DNA from: Octopus vulgaris
Lineage: Eukaryota
Reading direction: 5' to 3'
Length of the DNA: 64,000 nucleotides
NCBI GenBank assembly: GCA_951406725.2
Contig: OX597820.1
Coordinates: 83,576,001-83,640,000, forward strand
The notes beneath the pieces were generated by a model, which was not told where the DNA came from, did no database searches, and saw nothing but the letters and a program-made list of their open reading frames with translations. Shown piece by piece: positions 1 through 12,099 of the stretch (position 1 is its first letter; each line of letters opens with the position of its first letter). The position numbers and the translations under genes were made by a program.

Positions 1-280
1 GGAAAATGACATAGTATAGTTATCCCATATTAGTACCGATGAACCAAAATGAAATAGGTTGCGTAAACAAAAACACGTGATAGTAATGAACCACAAACCA
101 CTAATAGTGCTTTATGCCTATAAATTTGTCATTAAGGAAGCAATTGCGTAGATAAATATTTCTTATATCACTTCGGTGTTTCCTGGGAAATTGTCCTCTG
201 GAACCTAAATACACACATACATATACATCCATAGAATGTATATATATGTGAGTGTATACATAGAGATATACATACATATA

Positions 281-720
281 GGCGCAGGAGTGGCTGTGTG
301 GTAAGTAGTTTGCAACAAACCACATGGTTCCGGGTTCAGTCCCACTGCGTGGCCTCGTGAGCAGGTGTCATCTGCTATAGCTCCGGACCGACCAATGCCT
401 TGTGAGTGGATTTGGTAGACGGAAACTGAAAGAAGCCTGTCGTATATATGTATGTATATATATATATATATATATACATACTACATGTGTGTGTATGTGT
501 GTGTGTGTGTGTGTGTTTGTGTGTCTTTGTTTGCCCCCCTAGCATTGCTTGACAACCGATGCTGATGTGTTTACGTCCCCGTTACTTAGCGGTTAGGCAA
601 AAGAGACGGATAGAATAAGTACTGGGCTTACAAAGAAAAAGTCTCGGTGTCGATTTGCTCGACTGAAGGCGGTGCTCCAGCAAGGCCGCAGTCAAATGAG
701 TGAAACAAGTAAAGAAAGAG
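281..720 (+). mobile_element. tRNA-derived SINE (octopus OK/OR-type) with internal (TA)n/(TG)n expansion
   Basis: Head GGCGCAGGAGTGGCTGTGTGGTAAG (A-box-like) and GGTTCAGTCCC (B-box-like), internal microsatellite, A-rich tail. The 3' part recurs at about 20335 (+) and 46545 (-). Confidence 0.85.
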
Positions 721-3687
721 TACATGCATTTTTATATGCATATATATGTATACATACACACACACAAACACACACTTATATAATAACCGAAAGTCCGTCT
801 GCGCGTGTGTTAATACCTATCTATGTATGAAATGTAGTTGATTCTATTTTGTACATGATTGTCATTCAATGTTACTTTAATATTATTCGTTTTGTGGGGT
901 AGGATGTAAAAAACAGACGAAATATAACCTTCTCTTTGATATCAAAACACAAAAATGTCACTACTAGTTCTGTTTACTTCTTACGCCTATATATGTAATA
1001 TAATTCTTTTTTCAACATTTTCTAGATATTTCTGTATATATAAAAAAAAACTGGATTTGAATCCATATAATTCCATGTCTTTTTTACGAAGAAATGTAGA
1101 TAGTAGGTGTCAGGTATATTGTTTCAAATACAAAGATCTTACAAAAGAGTTTTTAATAGCATTTTTTCCTGAAAATAATCTGGTAAAGCATACAATTTTC
1201 TACGTCTGAATATGATGCAGTGTTTTTGTAAATAATCGTGGTTGCTTATGTTGTACTTCATTTAGTACGCCTTCTTTCCGTATGGCATTTTGTATTTGAT
1301 GCTTTATACTTAATTTTTTTGGGTTTTTTTTCCTTTATTGCTCTTTCTTTCACATTTCTGTATGTTTCATTGTGATATTATCTGTTTCTCTTTTCCTTTT
1401 ACTCAGGTTTTCTTTCACAGTTATATATTTCCGTTTTCTTTTCTGCATGAATAGTGTACGTTATCTTTGTTTCTTGTTGACAATTTATTGCATTTCTTGC
1501 ACATACTAGCCCAGGCTTTCGATGTATAGTACTTTAACTAACAGGCATCATCATTTTCTCTTTTCTGACAACACTTCAAAATACATGTGTTTCATAATTC
1601 GTGTACAAATAACTCTCATACTTACGAAAGAAATATAGAAGTGATTTTAAACGTTGTGATACAAATGACTTTTTCAAGGAGAAAAAGCAACTCACGTGAA
1701 GTTTGGAAACAATTTGAATTTTATCAATCGTTTTTGTTGCTGCTTCTACAGTGTTCAGCCATCAGGTAAGTCGAGATCAGACTGACCTATGAGCAAAATA
1801 TGAAAAGCAAGGTACTCCCCAAAGTTTCATGTAAGTTAAAAACAAATCGCATTATTGTAAGTAATAATTTAGAACACAGAGAAAATCTCTAAGAATTTAC
1901 GTAAAATTGTTGAAATTTCAGGTGTGCACGATTTACATTCTGGCGTAATTGTGGATTAAATATTATGCAAAACTGCATCATTTCTAGATTATTCATCTCC
2001 ATATATAAACTAAACATTCTCTTTAGAAACTTCGATGTTACAAGTATCTTAGTATGAATAAATAAACCAACTATCTATGTTTCTAAGATGCATTTTACCT
2101 ACAGGAAATTTAGAAGATATTGACATGGCATCTATAAAGAGATTTCACAGGGAATATCTAAGGCAAAAGAACTGGGACACTGCAAGTGAGAATGGGACTA
2201 GTTAATCAAATGGGATTTAATTAAATTATTTTACTCTATATAAACTTAGTTTACCTTAATCGATATCAGACTCAGTGTATAAAATCTTGGAAGTTAAAGG
2301 AAAATTTATTAGTTATTAAATCAGATTAAATCAGTTTAATACAAAAGCATTTAAATTCATCTACATTATATCGACATGGACACCCTGTATATATCTCAAG
2401 AACAGGTTTTATAGACAAAAAAGGCGAAAAATCAAATATAGCAAAATATCACACGAAAGTGGTGCTTGTCGCAAATTAACTAAAATTTGGGGGCATGAAA
2501 AACATAATGTACCAGGAACATTGCATCAGGAAATACCAAGAAAACAAAAACACTATTATAAAGTAACATAACAGCGCTGGGAGTACTAATAAATTAGAAA
2601 AAGTATACCTGTTAAGTGCATTACACTCTACACGCCAGACGGCAATTTGATTGGACAACTCACACAAAACATTCTACACACAAAACAGAGAGCAGGAATT
2701 GTTTACCTTTACGACCCAAAGAATTCTCAGAGTTACTCGAGTTACTACAGAGAAACTGACCACAATAGTATAAATACTTAATCTACAAAATCCGCCGTTA
2801 GTAAAATGAGAAAATATATACTTACATACTTACATGTTGTAACTTATATGTTGCTACTCTGTAGCAGTCTTACATATCACATTCTGCATAAGTCAATTCG
2901 TTTACACATACGAAATATAATGACAAAAATGCATAGTAACATCAGTCATATTCTATACTATATAGAATAACAGATCAAAAATGTAAAAATAGAAATGGCA
3001 ATAGAAATACAAAACGAATTATGTATAAGACATAAAGGAATTATCTACATAAAAAGTATAAAGTAGAAACAGCCTTTCTTTCATTGGAGTGAAACTCGCT
3101 GAGAAGAAGAATGCACCACGAAATCATAGGAAATAGATTACCGAAAGAAAAATAATATAGAAAAAATATTTTGCTTTTTTGCTGCAACTATCTCCCAACA
3201 CTTCGCCAGGTATTTCTGTCGACATTAAATTTACATTTTTAGACCTCACCCATATTCCTGTTTACCAACAAAACCAATATTGTTCCATGGTCTTTGTCAT
3301 CTAACGATGTGAAATTCTTCGAAATATAGACTTTGATATGACCTGCTTTTTGTCGTGAATGCAGTGGAGTGTGTTCTAAAATCCCTATGTTTGGGCATAG
3401 ACTTACACCAAAAGAGGTTTCAAGCTTTCGAAACATCTCTTTCATAATGAATGCCACTGCCCCATTGTAAAAATGGGTTTGTGAAGAGTGCAAATGTGGC
3501 AGAGTTCAACTTCGATATTCTTTTCTTCAGTTAGATAATAAGGTTCATGATATTCATTAACCCCTTTCATTTCAAAGTTGCCTGTCGTTTGTGTGTATTA
3601 GAATCACTCATCATCATCATTACTAGCAGCAACATCAGCAGCAGTAGCATCATCATCAGTATCATTGTTGCTGTTGTTCTCTTTTCT

Positions 3688-3900
3688 TAAGACAGCGTTC
3701 TGGTTGGATCTTTAGATTGTTGAAAACAATGCTGAACAGTATTATTTTTGCCGCTACGTTTTCAGTTCAAATTCCTATCAGGTTCAGTTGGCCTTTCATC
3801 TTTTCCAGGTCGATAAAATAAGTTCCACTTAAACAGTGGAGTTAATACAATCTACTCACCTTTTTATATTGATGGTCTTGGATCAAAATTTGAGACAATA
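3688..3900 (+). mobile_element. Degraded SINE, second family
   Basis: agttcaaattcc...gcctttcatcttttccaggtcgataaaataagt matches the well-preserved copies at 38980 and 40732. Confidence 0.65.
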
Positions 3901-5258
3901 TTAATGCTCTAGCTGTTGGGTTTTATTGGAACGAACGGATTACATCTCGGGCTTACTAATGATTCCCAGAATTTCAGTTACAAAAATAGTTTTGTTACTT
4001 TGAAAGTAATACTATGTTTAAAAGTAAAATCGATTTTAACCTAATGTTTCTTTTCCACATGCAATGACATTCAACAAGTGAGGCATCAACTCAAAAACAA
4101 ATAAAATAACATTTCTGTTATTGGGAAGTAAATTAATATGGGACATGAGCTAAAAACTACTCCATGGAAACATTTATCTTTCCAGAAGAAAATAATTCGT
4201 TTTTAATATTCTACATATTTTTGGGGGCGACCAGAGAAGACACTTACACGAAGAGATAAAGAAATCTCGTCTGAAATACATGGAATGATTTCCCCTCCAG
4301 CTGTCTCACGTGGTGACATACTGATTATAACAAAATTAAACTAAATTGTACTGAAAAGAACTTCATATCCTCACTGAAGTAATATACCGAAAAACGGGAC
4401 AGGAAAATATTCATGTCCAATTATAAAAAAAAATCCCTGCAAAAAAAGAAATAAAGAAAACAATGTCGAACGTCTAGACCTGTATTATTCATATCCAAAA
4501 AATGTCTCACTTTCGAAACCGAAGAAATTCACATTCTCTCTCCAACCACTCAGATATTTTGTGCGGTGAAGGTGACCGGTGGGAAGGGAAGTAGACAATG
4601 ACAAATAGAAGGGAAAATGAAAAGTATAAGATGACCTACAAACGTAAAAAATCACGAAATGTTACTAACGAGAGGAATATCTTAAAACACTGTCTGTGAT
4701 CACCAATTCCACAAACAACGCTACTAGCTCAAGTCCGCCATCCACCCCATCACCATAGATAACACCAAAATTACCGATACGATCACAAACCAATCTATAC
4801 CTAAATTAAGAACAAGGACAACAACTTCAAGAAAACTTCATAAGCTCTTCGGTCATTTAGAGAAACAGTTAAGAACGAGTAAACCATATACATCGACAAA
4901 GAAACAATATCCTCACATCAAGCAGTACACAAAGTCCGATATAAATTCTAAAGACTAAGGAAGAAACGAATAGTAAACAACACAGCAAAATACATCAACG
5001 GAAAGAAATATTTCGGGGTATTTTACAAAGACTTGATATAGGAAACACCTACAAATACTCGAAAGGAAGGAACACGTCTTAGAGCTTGGATGAAGTAAAT
5101 AGATCTCTCTCATTTACTACCTGCTATCTAACATAGTATTACTTAAAGTTGGCGGTGCGATCATATGTAGGTAGGAGTCGCTCAGGAAGAAGGGGCAAAT
5201 TTGGTTATACTGAGTGTCACAAAAGTTGCCTAGTCACGAATATTCATGCCAGTTTGCA

Positions 5259-5293
<35 letters not shown>

Positions 5294-5394
5294 GTGTATG
5301 TTTCTACAAGTAAAGTGAAACAGGCGGGTAATCTGAAGCATCAATTCGGAAAATTTGGATGACAAGATACGGAATATATATATATACAATTGCG

Positions 5395-6152
5395 ACGACT
5401 TTCTTAGGGACACTGCTCGCTGACCTCCTCCGTTTCACTTTCGTGTCGGATCATTGATAACACGAGCATTGTCCATTTTGGATACATTCTACAGGTAAGG
5501 AGAGCGGTTAGCCGGACATGCCCTAACTACGCACTGAGCGACGAAAATGTTCTGCCCATTCTGCGACGAGAGTATTCAGCCCAATGCGCGGGCATAGCTA
5601 TCTAGTGAGTTTATGTCGTACACCTGCTGCAACAAAAATGACGGATTTTCCTATCGGGTAAGTTTATTCTGAAGATCGTCCCAACACTTCCCTTTGACCG
5701 GAAATTGCATTGATTATTTGTCTTGTGGATTTAGCGAAAGAGTTTGTGTAGTGGATTGAATGTGCTGTAGAAAGACCTCCTTTCTCTTTGTCCAAGCCCA
5801 AGTGAGGGTAAAGAGGAACATGCTGCTTCCCAGTATTCTTGTTGGAAGCTGGGTGAATATGGGGACAATGATCGGGCTTACCCTAAATATGCGCTCGTAT
5901 ATTGAACGAAACCGATATGGAAGGGGCTGCTGTCCTAATGGTAGGTTCTACTGTGGTTTCGTGGGGTCTCTACTAGCAGTCCTAGGATGCTTTCCTCATT
6001 TGGGAACTTTTTCGCAGTTAAAATTTATATTGAATTCGTTTTCACTGTTTACACGCATCTGTTTGCTTAACCATACATTGTACTGTACCAATGTTTTTTG
6101 TGAGCCATTGTTGATAAATAAAGAAAATATTATTATTATTATTATTATTATA

Positions 6153-6199
<47 letters not shown>

Positions 6200-6230
6200 C
6201 ATTATTATTGTTATTGTTGTTGTTGTTATT
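5395..6230 (+). mobile_element. 3' end of a Tx1/L1-clade LINE ORF2 (degenerate) with AATAAA and (ATT)n tail
   Basis: Decayed zinc-binding region (CPFCDESIQ...QCAGIAI**VYVVHLL), then ICLVDLAKEFV and QVRVKRNMLLPSILVGSWVNM, which resemble Tx1-like ORF2 C-termini. AATAAA at about 6117 is followed directly by (ATT)n. Confidence 0.6.
6128..6230. repeat. (ATT)n/(GTT)n microsatellite
   Basis: Directly visible; source of the poly-Ile ORFs. Confidence 0.95.
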
Positions 6231-7719
6231 CTTTTCTTATTATTGAGATATAAATATTTTTAAATGATTATTTCCATTACTTGGTTACTAATTACCTTAC
6301 CAATGTATTTATTACATGGAAACATCAATTCTGAAAACAAATGCAATATAATAAATATTATTAAGAAATAGCGTATATGGATAAGAGGAAATAAGTAGCA
6401 ATTTATCACAATTAATGTTCCACACAATCACAGTAGTATAACCAACAAAGCATTCTATGTAAAAATATAGACATAATTAATAGTATTAGCAGGAACTATA
6501 AACGGTATATTATATTTTTTTTAAAAATGAATTCTCTTTTCAAACTGAATATTAGAAGTTGCATCTAATAGTCGTCTTATTTATTACATTGGAATGTTCT
6601 GTTGGCAAATAAAATATGAAATAAATATATGGAATTTCAATGGTGCTGCACATATTTATACATAGGCAGATTTTCTATTAAAGATTAACAGCCAAAATGG
6701 AGTGTACTAAACAACAGTAGAAAATATACTACATACAAATAGGCTATAAGTTTTGTGGTTTTATTGGAAATATATATTTGAAACCATAAACATACAAAAC
6801 AACATAAGTACACAGATACAGAGTAAAAATACATAAACACACAAATATAAACTTTACATATAAATTCAATATACGAGGAAACCCATAAATACACAAAATC
6901 CCATAACATTAGAGAACTATATACATTAACTACATACATACAAATATAATATAAAACACATAAACATATATGTCAAATAAATTTAAACCGTTCATATAAA
7001 CGCATATACACAAATACATCGTAAATATATGTACGTTTAATAATGAAGGAGAAATCTGAAAATAAATTGATCAATTACAGTATATTTTACTGATTTTATA
7101 TTTCAATATAAATTTTGTTTTGTAAATTCAAGCAATATACAAAAAAAAAATATAAATAATTTAAAATACTATACATATAAAATTATTTGTCTGATGAGGT
7201 TTCTAAAAGTGATATACAATTGTATTATACCAGCAAAGAAAACTACATTGTAATGTCGAGTATATAAATGCATAACATTACTAAACATATATGTATATTT
7301 TAGTTTTTATACCAGAGCACTGAAAAATTGTATCTACACTCAGAAGTAATTTTAAACAGCAGAGAAAGGTGTAAAACTTTATGAGACGAAAAACAATAAA
7401 ATTCACAACTGATTAGTAATTAATTCATCGATCACGAAACGATAAATGATAAAACGGACAGTTAAAATATTAGAACTTAATAATGAGTAAATGACTATCA
7501 CACACACACAAAAGCGGATTACCGGCTGCTCCACCAAGTTTGACAACTGAAAGTAGTTTCGTGGTTGTCTGTAGCAACTCACTCAATCCAATTCATTTTG
7601 TATGACCCCGCTATCTATTCACATCCCGCACTATTTCGCGCATAAATTTCTCGGATATTCTAAGAATTTATTACCAACGCATTGCAGGATATATCAACTA
7701 ATCAATGTAGGAGCGTAAT

Positions 7720-7855
7720 TAGTTTCAAATTTTGAAACGAAGTCAGTGATTTTAGGGAAGAGTTAAGTCGATTAGATCGAACCCCACTTCTCAACTCAGG
7801 AAATGTGAAAGCCAAAACTCGACCACGGCGGAATTTGAACCCCAGAATGTAAACT
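7720..7855 (-). mobile_element. SINE fragment
   Basis: ggcggaatttgaac and taagtcgattagatcgaacccca are reverse complements of the SINE body. Confidence 0.7.
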
Positions 7856-7880
7856 AGCTAAGGTTATTTTCCAACTTACA

Positions 7881-7973
<93 letters not shown>

Positions 7974-7974
<1 letters not shown>

Positions 7975-8388
7975 GAAACTCTGACTATAAAACCACGTTA
8001 AATGTTCATATCGCACCATGAGGTAAATTTATATATGAGGATAATATCGATATTTAAGTGTCGAAATTATCAAGTGGCCAGCATGAAAGAAATGCCTACA
8101 TAGTTAAAAACATTTTTAACAATTAAAAATGAGGGTGTCTAAATGACACCAACATGCGAAATAGCAGTCAAACTCTGACTATAAAACCACGTTAAATGTT
8201 CATATCGCACATGAACATTTAACGTGGTTTTATAGTCAGAGTTTCGACTGCTATTTCGGCATGTTGGTGTCTTTTAGACACCCTCATTTTTAATTGTTAA
8301 AAATTTTTTTACCTTTGTAAGGCATTTCTTTCATGCTGGCCACTTGATAATTTCGACACTTAAATATCGATATTATCCTCATATATAA

Positions 8389-8390
<2 letters not shown>
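7974..8390. repeat. Near-perfect palindrome with ~178-bp arms plus a 41-bp direct repeat, flanked by (TA)n
   Basis: Arms 8027-8203 and 8211-8390 are reverse complements around a 7-nt spacer (ATCGCAC). 7976-8016 is repeated at 8170-8210. Confidence 0.92.
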
Positions 8391-8446
<56 letters not shown>

Positions 8447-8597
8447 ACAATATTAAGGAATGGCCTTGATACGCCATTCGACCCACTAGAAAGTGCAGCT
8501 AAACTCAAACCGCTAAACAGTTGTAATTCAGAAACCAAAGGAAAATAAAAACATCTACCCTTATCATCTTTGGACTATGCATAGTTTCGACATACAT

Positions 8598-8641
<44 letters not shown>

Positions 8642-9794
8642 GCAGACATTTATAGACACACATATGTATACACACACACACACAAACACACACACACAAA
8701 ACATCCAGCATCAAGTGGACTAATGCTGCCCACGCGCATGCGTACATGCACGCGTATATATATATGTATATATTTATATATAAGTAAATATAAATGAATA
8801 TGTGTGCATGTGTGTGCATGCGCGTGTATATGTGTGTGCGAGCACGTGCATGTCCCTTCATATGTGTGCGTATGCGTGCTCATGTACACAATCATCCGGT
8901 CGCATCAACACAGACATGCAGGCAAAATCGTATGACCGCGTCTACGCGCCCAGATGTACAAACAAATTCTTGCACATACTACCCCTTCCTATTTCCCATC
9001 CAACAATCTAACCGATTTCCTGACAACCACTGTTTATTGGTAAATCACGAATTTACCTCGCACTAATATGTTCCTCTAATGACTTGTATCTTTAAAGTCC
9101 CAACCCTCTCCTTTTCTTCCTCTCTTCTAGAAAATCCAGCTTACTCCTTTTTCTTCGCCTAACAATTTCACTTTTAAAAATGCTTCCTTTTACTTATCTT
9201 TTATTCTGTGCGACAATATATTCTACTTATTTACCGCTGACAATAAATGACCCGAACTTAATATTCACAGCGACCTTCCCGTGTTGGCTTCAATCTAATC
9301 AAAATTCACTTCATTCTTTCTCCCATTTTCTTCATTCTTGACAACCTTACACAATTTCCCACTCCCGTATTATATTTCTTTATGCACGTGGTTTTCTATT
9401 TTTCTCTACTTTTTTTCTCTCCGTTGTTCAGGCTTCATTTTAAATTACGTCTCTTCAGAGTTAACTTGGGACCCCTTGACAATGTAATTTTCAAAATGAA
9501 GACTACATTGATACAAAGATATCTTCCGCCTAATGAGTAGCTAGTGGAGCATCTCCTATTGAGTAATTATTACTTCCGAGGTCCTACTGTCTAGCATGCA
9601 TGTGTAGCCTGGATTTTACCACCTGCCTTTCCACAATATGGATGCTTTTTTGCATTCAGACTAACACAATATGCTAACTGTGAATCATAAAATAACTACT
9701 ACAGTTTATCGAACTTCGATATGGGAAAAAGCCGACCTCCTACGCCAATAAACTGTTATTGTTCCTGGAAGCTATTTCCATAAATCTATATCCA

Positions 9795-9795
<1 letters not shown>

Positions 9796-9869
<74 letters not shown>

Positions 9870-9896
9870 ATATCTATCTATCTATCTATCTATCTC

Positions 9897-9933
<37 letters not shown>

Positions 9934-9935
9934 GA

Positions 9936-9990
<55 letters not shown>

Positions 9991-9997
9991 ATATCTA

Positions 9998-10079
<82 letters not shown>
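9796..10079. repeat. (TATC)n-(TA)n compound microsatellite
   Basis: Directly visible. Confidence 0.95.
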
Positions 10080-10082
<3 letters not shown>

Positions 10083-10109
10083 TACTATCTGTCCATCTAT
10101 CTATATCTA

Positions 10110-11065
10110 CGTATCGGGCAAATAGGACTCCGCTTGGTTCGCGGAACACCTCCAAGACATCCGACTCGGCAATGACATCCCGGTCTGGCGCCATTTCCGC
10201 TCTACCGGCCACTCTTTGCAACACATTTCCCTGTTCGGATTGTCCTTGCTCAGGGGCCATCCGGACTACCGTCTGCGCAGTGAACAGGCATTAATTTTCT
10301 CTCTTCCGTCCTTTGCACCACATGGGCTCAACTCTCCTCTCCTCGCCTCTCTCACCTCCATCCTGCCATCCATCGCTCCTCTCTTGCTCAGACTCCTAAT
10401 TCTTCTCTTCTCTCCTACTCTCCTTCTGTCATCTTTTAACTCCTAACCACCTTCTCCTTCCTCCCTTCATCGTCATCCCTCCCACGTAAGCCCACACCAC
10501 ACCTACACATTCCAATACCACCTTCCCTATCTTTCTCCAAACCACCCCACTTCATCCCTTATACCCACTCCCACACACCGTACACCTTTACCCCACACTC
10601 TCAGCCTAACCTACACTCCAACCTTGTTTCCTCACTCCAGGCCCTCTGAACTCCCAACTCCATCACACCATACCACACACCACTACACCGTACACCACCA
10701 TACCACACAACACATCACATCACAACACACCACACACACATCAGCACTGACCACTTCCGAGACCCAGATTTCCACACCTACACATACACACACGCACACT
10801 TCAAGATCACCAGCTCTCTTCCACAAGCACATACACACTCTCATATATACACGCACCCGCACCTTCGTTTTGGGATCACCTCCACTTTATTGTCTCCTCT
10901 TCTCCCTAGCTCTCCTGTATGACGCTTCTGGTCGGCCTTTGCCATGGTAGATTACTAGCCACTACATATCCTATATTTTTCTCCTTGTTTCTTTCTATGT
11001 TCCTACCTGTGGAAGAGCGCAGGCTCGAAACGTTAAAGACTTTTTCACTTTCCGAGCGTTATATG
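10110..11065 (+). mobile_element. 5'-truncated Penelope-like element: GIY-YIG endonuclease C-terminal half, C/A-rich 3' UTR and pLTR
   Basis: Frameshifted translation [37 protein letters not shown]...[21 protein letters not shown] fits the PLE GIY-YIG pattern (YIGxTxRxL..RFxEH...PVxxHF...EQxLIFxLxTxxPxGLN). It ends in an HHR-like motif. Confidence 0.9.
11003..11038 (+). ncRNA. Minimal hammerhead-like motif (A6U core) in PLE pLTR
   Basis: CTGTGGA-A-GAGC(gcag)GCTC-GAAA-CGTT-AAAG. Stem I is mismatched in this copy. Confidence 0.6.
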
Positions 11066-11144
11066 TTTCAAAAGGAAAATACAAACTATACTTGGAAATG
11101 GTATGGGGACAGTAAAGTAACGATACATATATATATATATATAC

Positions 11145-11178
<34 letters not shown>

Positions 11179-11278
11179 GTGTGTGTGTATATATATATGT
11201 GTGTGTGTATACAATTAGATGAACTGAAGTAGAATTAAGAGGAATAAAACCAGTTATGAATTGTTCGAGGGATTCAAA

Positions 11279-11312
11279 GTCATAACGTTTTCGTCAATTA
11301 CTCTTCACTGGC
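11279..11312 (-). ncRNA. Degenerate minimal hammerhead (C3G)
   Basis: Minus strand reads GCCA-GTGAAGA-GT(aattg)AC-GAA-AACGTT-A-TGAC, with palindromic stem III and 3 of 4 bp in stem I. Confidence 0.45.
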
Positions 11313-11801
11313 TTTGAATGCTGACCGTTTACCAAACGGTGTTGGTTCTACTAGTCACTGAGTAAAAATACTATGTGCAAGGGAGGTAAGTAGTTCTCGA
11401 TATGACGCAGTTAGGGTAGATATAATGTTGAAATAATACTCCGAGTCTACGCTCTCCAGGTCTCCAAGATTTCATACAAATTACTTGTTATTTTGTGCGG
11501 GTACAAACCCCACACAACATGCAAACAATTCGCCCCTAACGGGGAAACAACAGGAAGGTCAAGCATGTACAGGCGAACAATGTGTCTAAAGACACTAACG
11601 ATTTTTAAGCACGAGGCACTATCAAAGGGAACTGCCGAAACAAAATGACGTCAAATAATAAATAACCAGCCGCATCTCGAAGTAACGCATATGACACACG
11701 TCCCCGACTGTTCTGCGCCTGCTCATTTATACTAACTAGTATAGTTCACTTAGGCAATCACGGGTGAGTTCAGATTCCCCATACAACATTTTAAAAATAT
11801 A

Positions 11802-11919
11802 CTGTAGAATTCGCCTAATTAGTAATCCCTAGGAGAATACTGAATGTGACGAATTAGGTGAAGTGATGATTTAGGTGAAGTAATGAATTAGCCAAAAGCA
11901 AATTAGGTTAATTCTACTG
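11802..11919. mobile_element. 118-bp Tc1/pogo(Tigger)-like MITE
   Basis: TIRs CTGTAGAATTCGCCTAATT and (reverse complement) CAGTAGAATTAACCTAATT match at 16 of 19 positions, with TA on both sides (11800-11801, 11920-11921). Confidence 0.75.
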
Positions 11920-11975
11920 TATTAATGCAAACTAATAAATTTTACTTTTGATTTATTTGTCAGATTAATTTTTTT

Positions 11976-12086
11976 TAATGTGGAACAAATGAGTGAGCAT
12001 AATATGGAACAAATGAGTGAGCATAACGTGGAACAAATGAGGGAGCATAATGTGGGACCAATGAGTGAACAAATGAGGGAGCATAA
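11976..12086. repeat. 24-bp minisatellite, about 4.5 copies
   Basis: Unit TAATGTGGAACAAATGAGTGAGCA repeated with variants. Confidence 0.9.
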
Positions 12087-12099
12087 ACGGGCGTGGCTT

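Noticed and set aside
281-355. tRNA gene
   Set aside because: The A/B boxes belong to a SINE head and there is no complete cloverleaf.
3239-3493. 84-aa minus-strand ORF
   Set aside because: TTG start, an in-frame stop just upstream, and no recognisable motif.
5578-5607. GCCC..GGGC hairpin followed by CTAGT, resembling a Helitron 3' end
   Set aside because: It lies in frame within the Tx1-like ORF2 remnant (QCAGIAI**VYV) and no matching 5' end was found.
7191-7260. CTGATGAG...GAAAAC hammerhead candidate
   Set aside because: No convincing stem I or stem II closure.
11976-12086. 24-bp repeats considered as a CRISPR-like array
   Set aside because: The repeats are contiguous with no unique spacers, there are no cas genes, and the context is eukaryotic.
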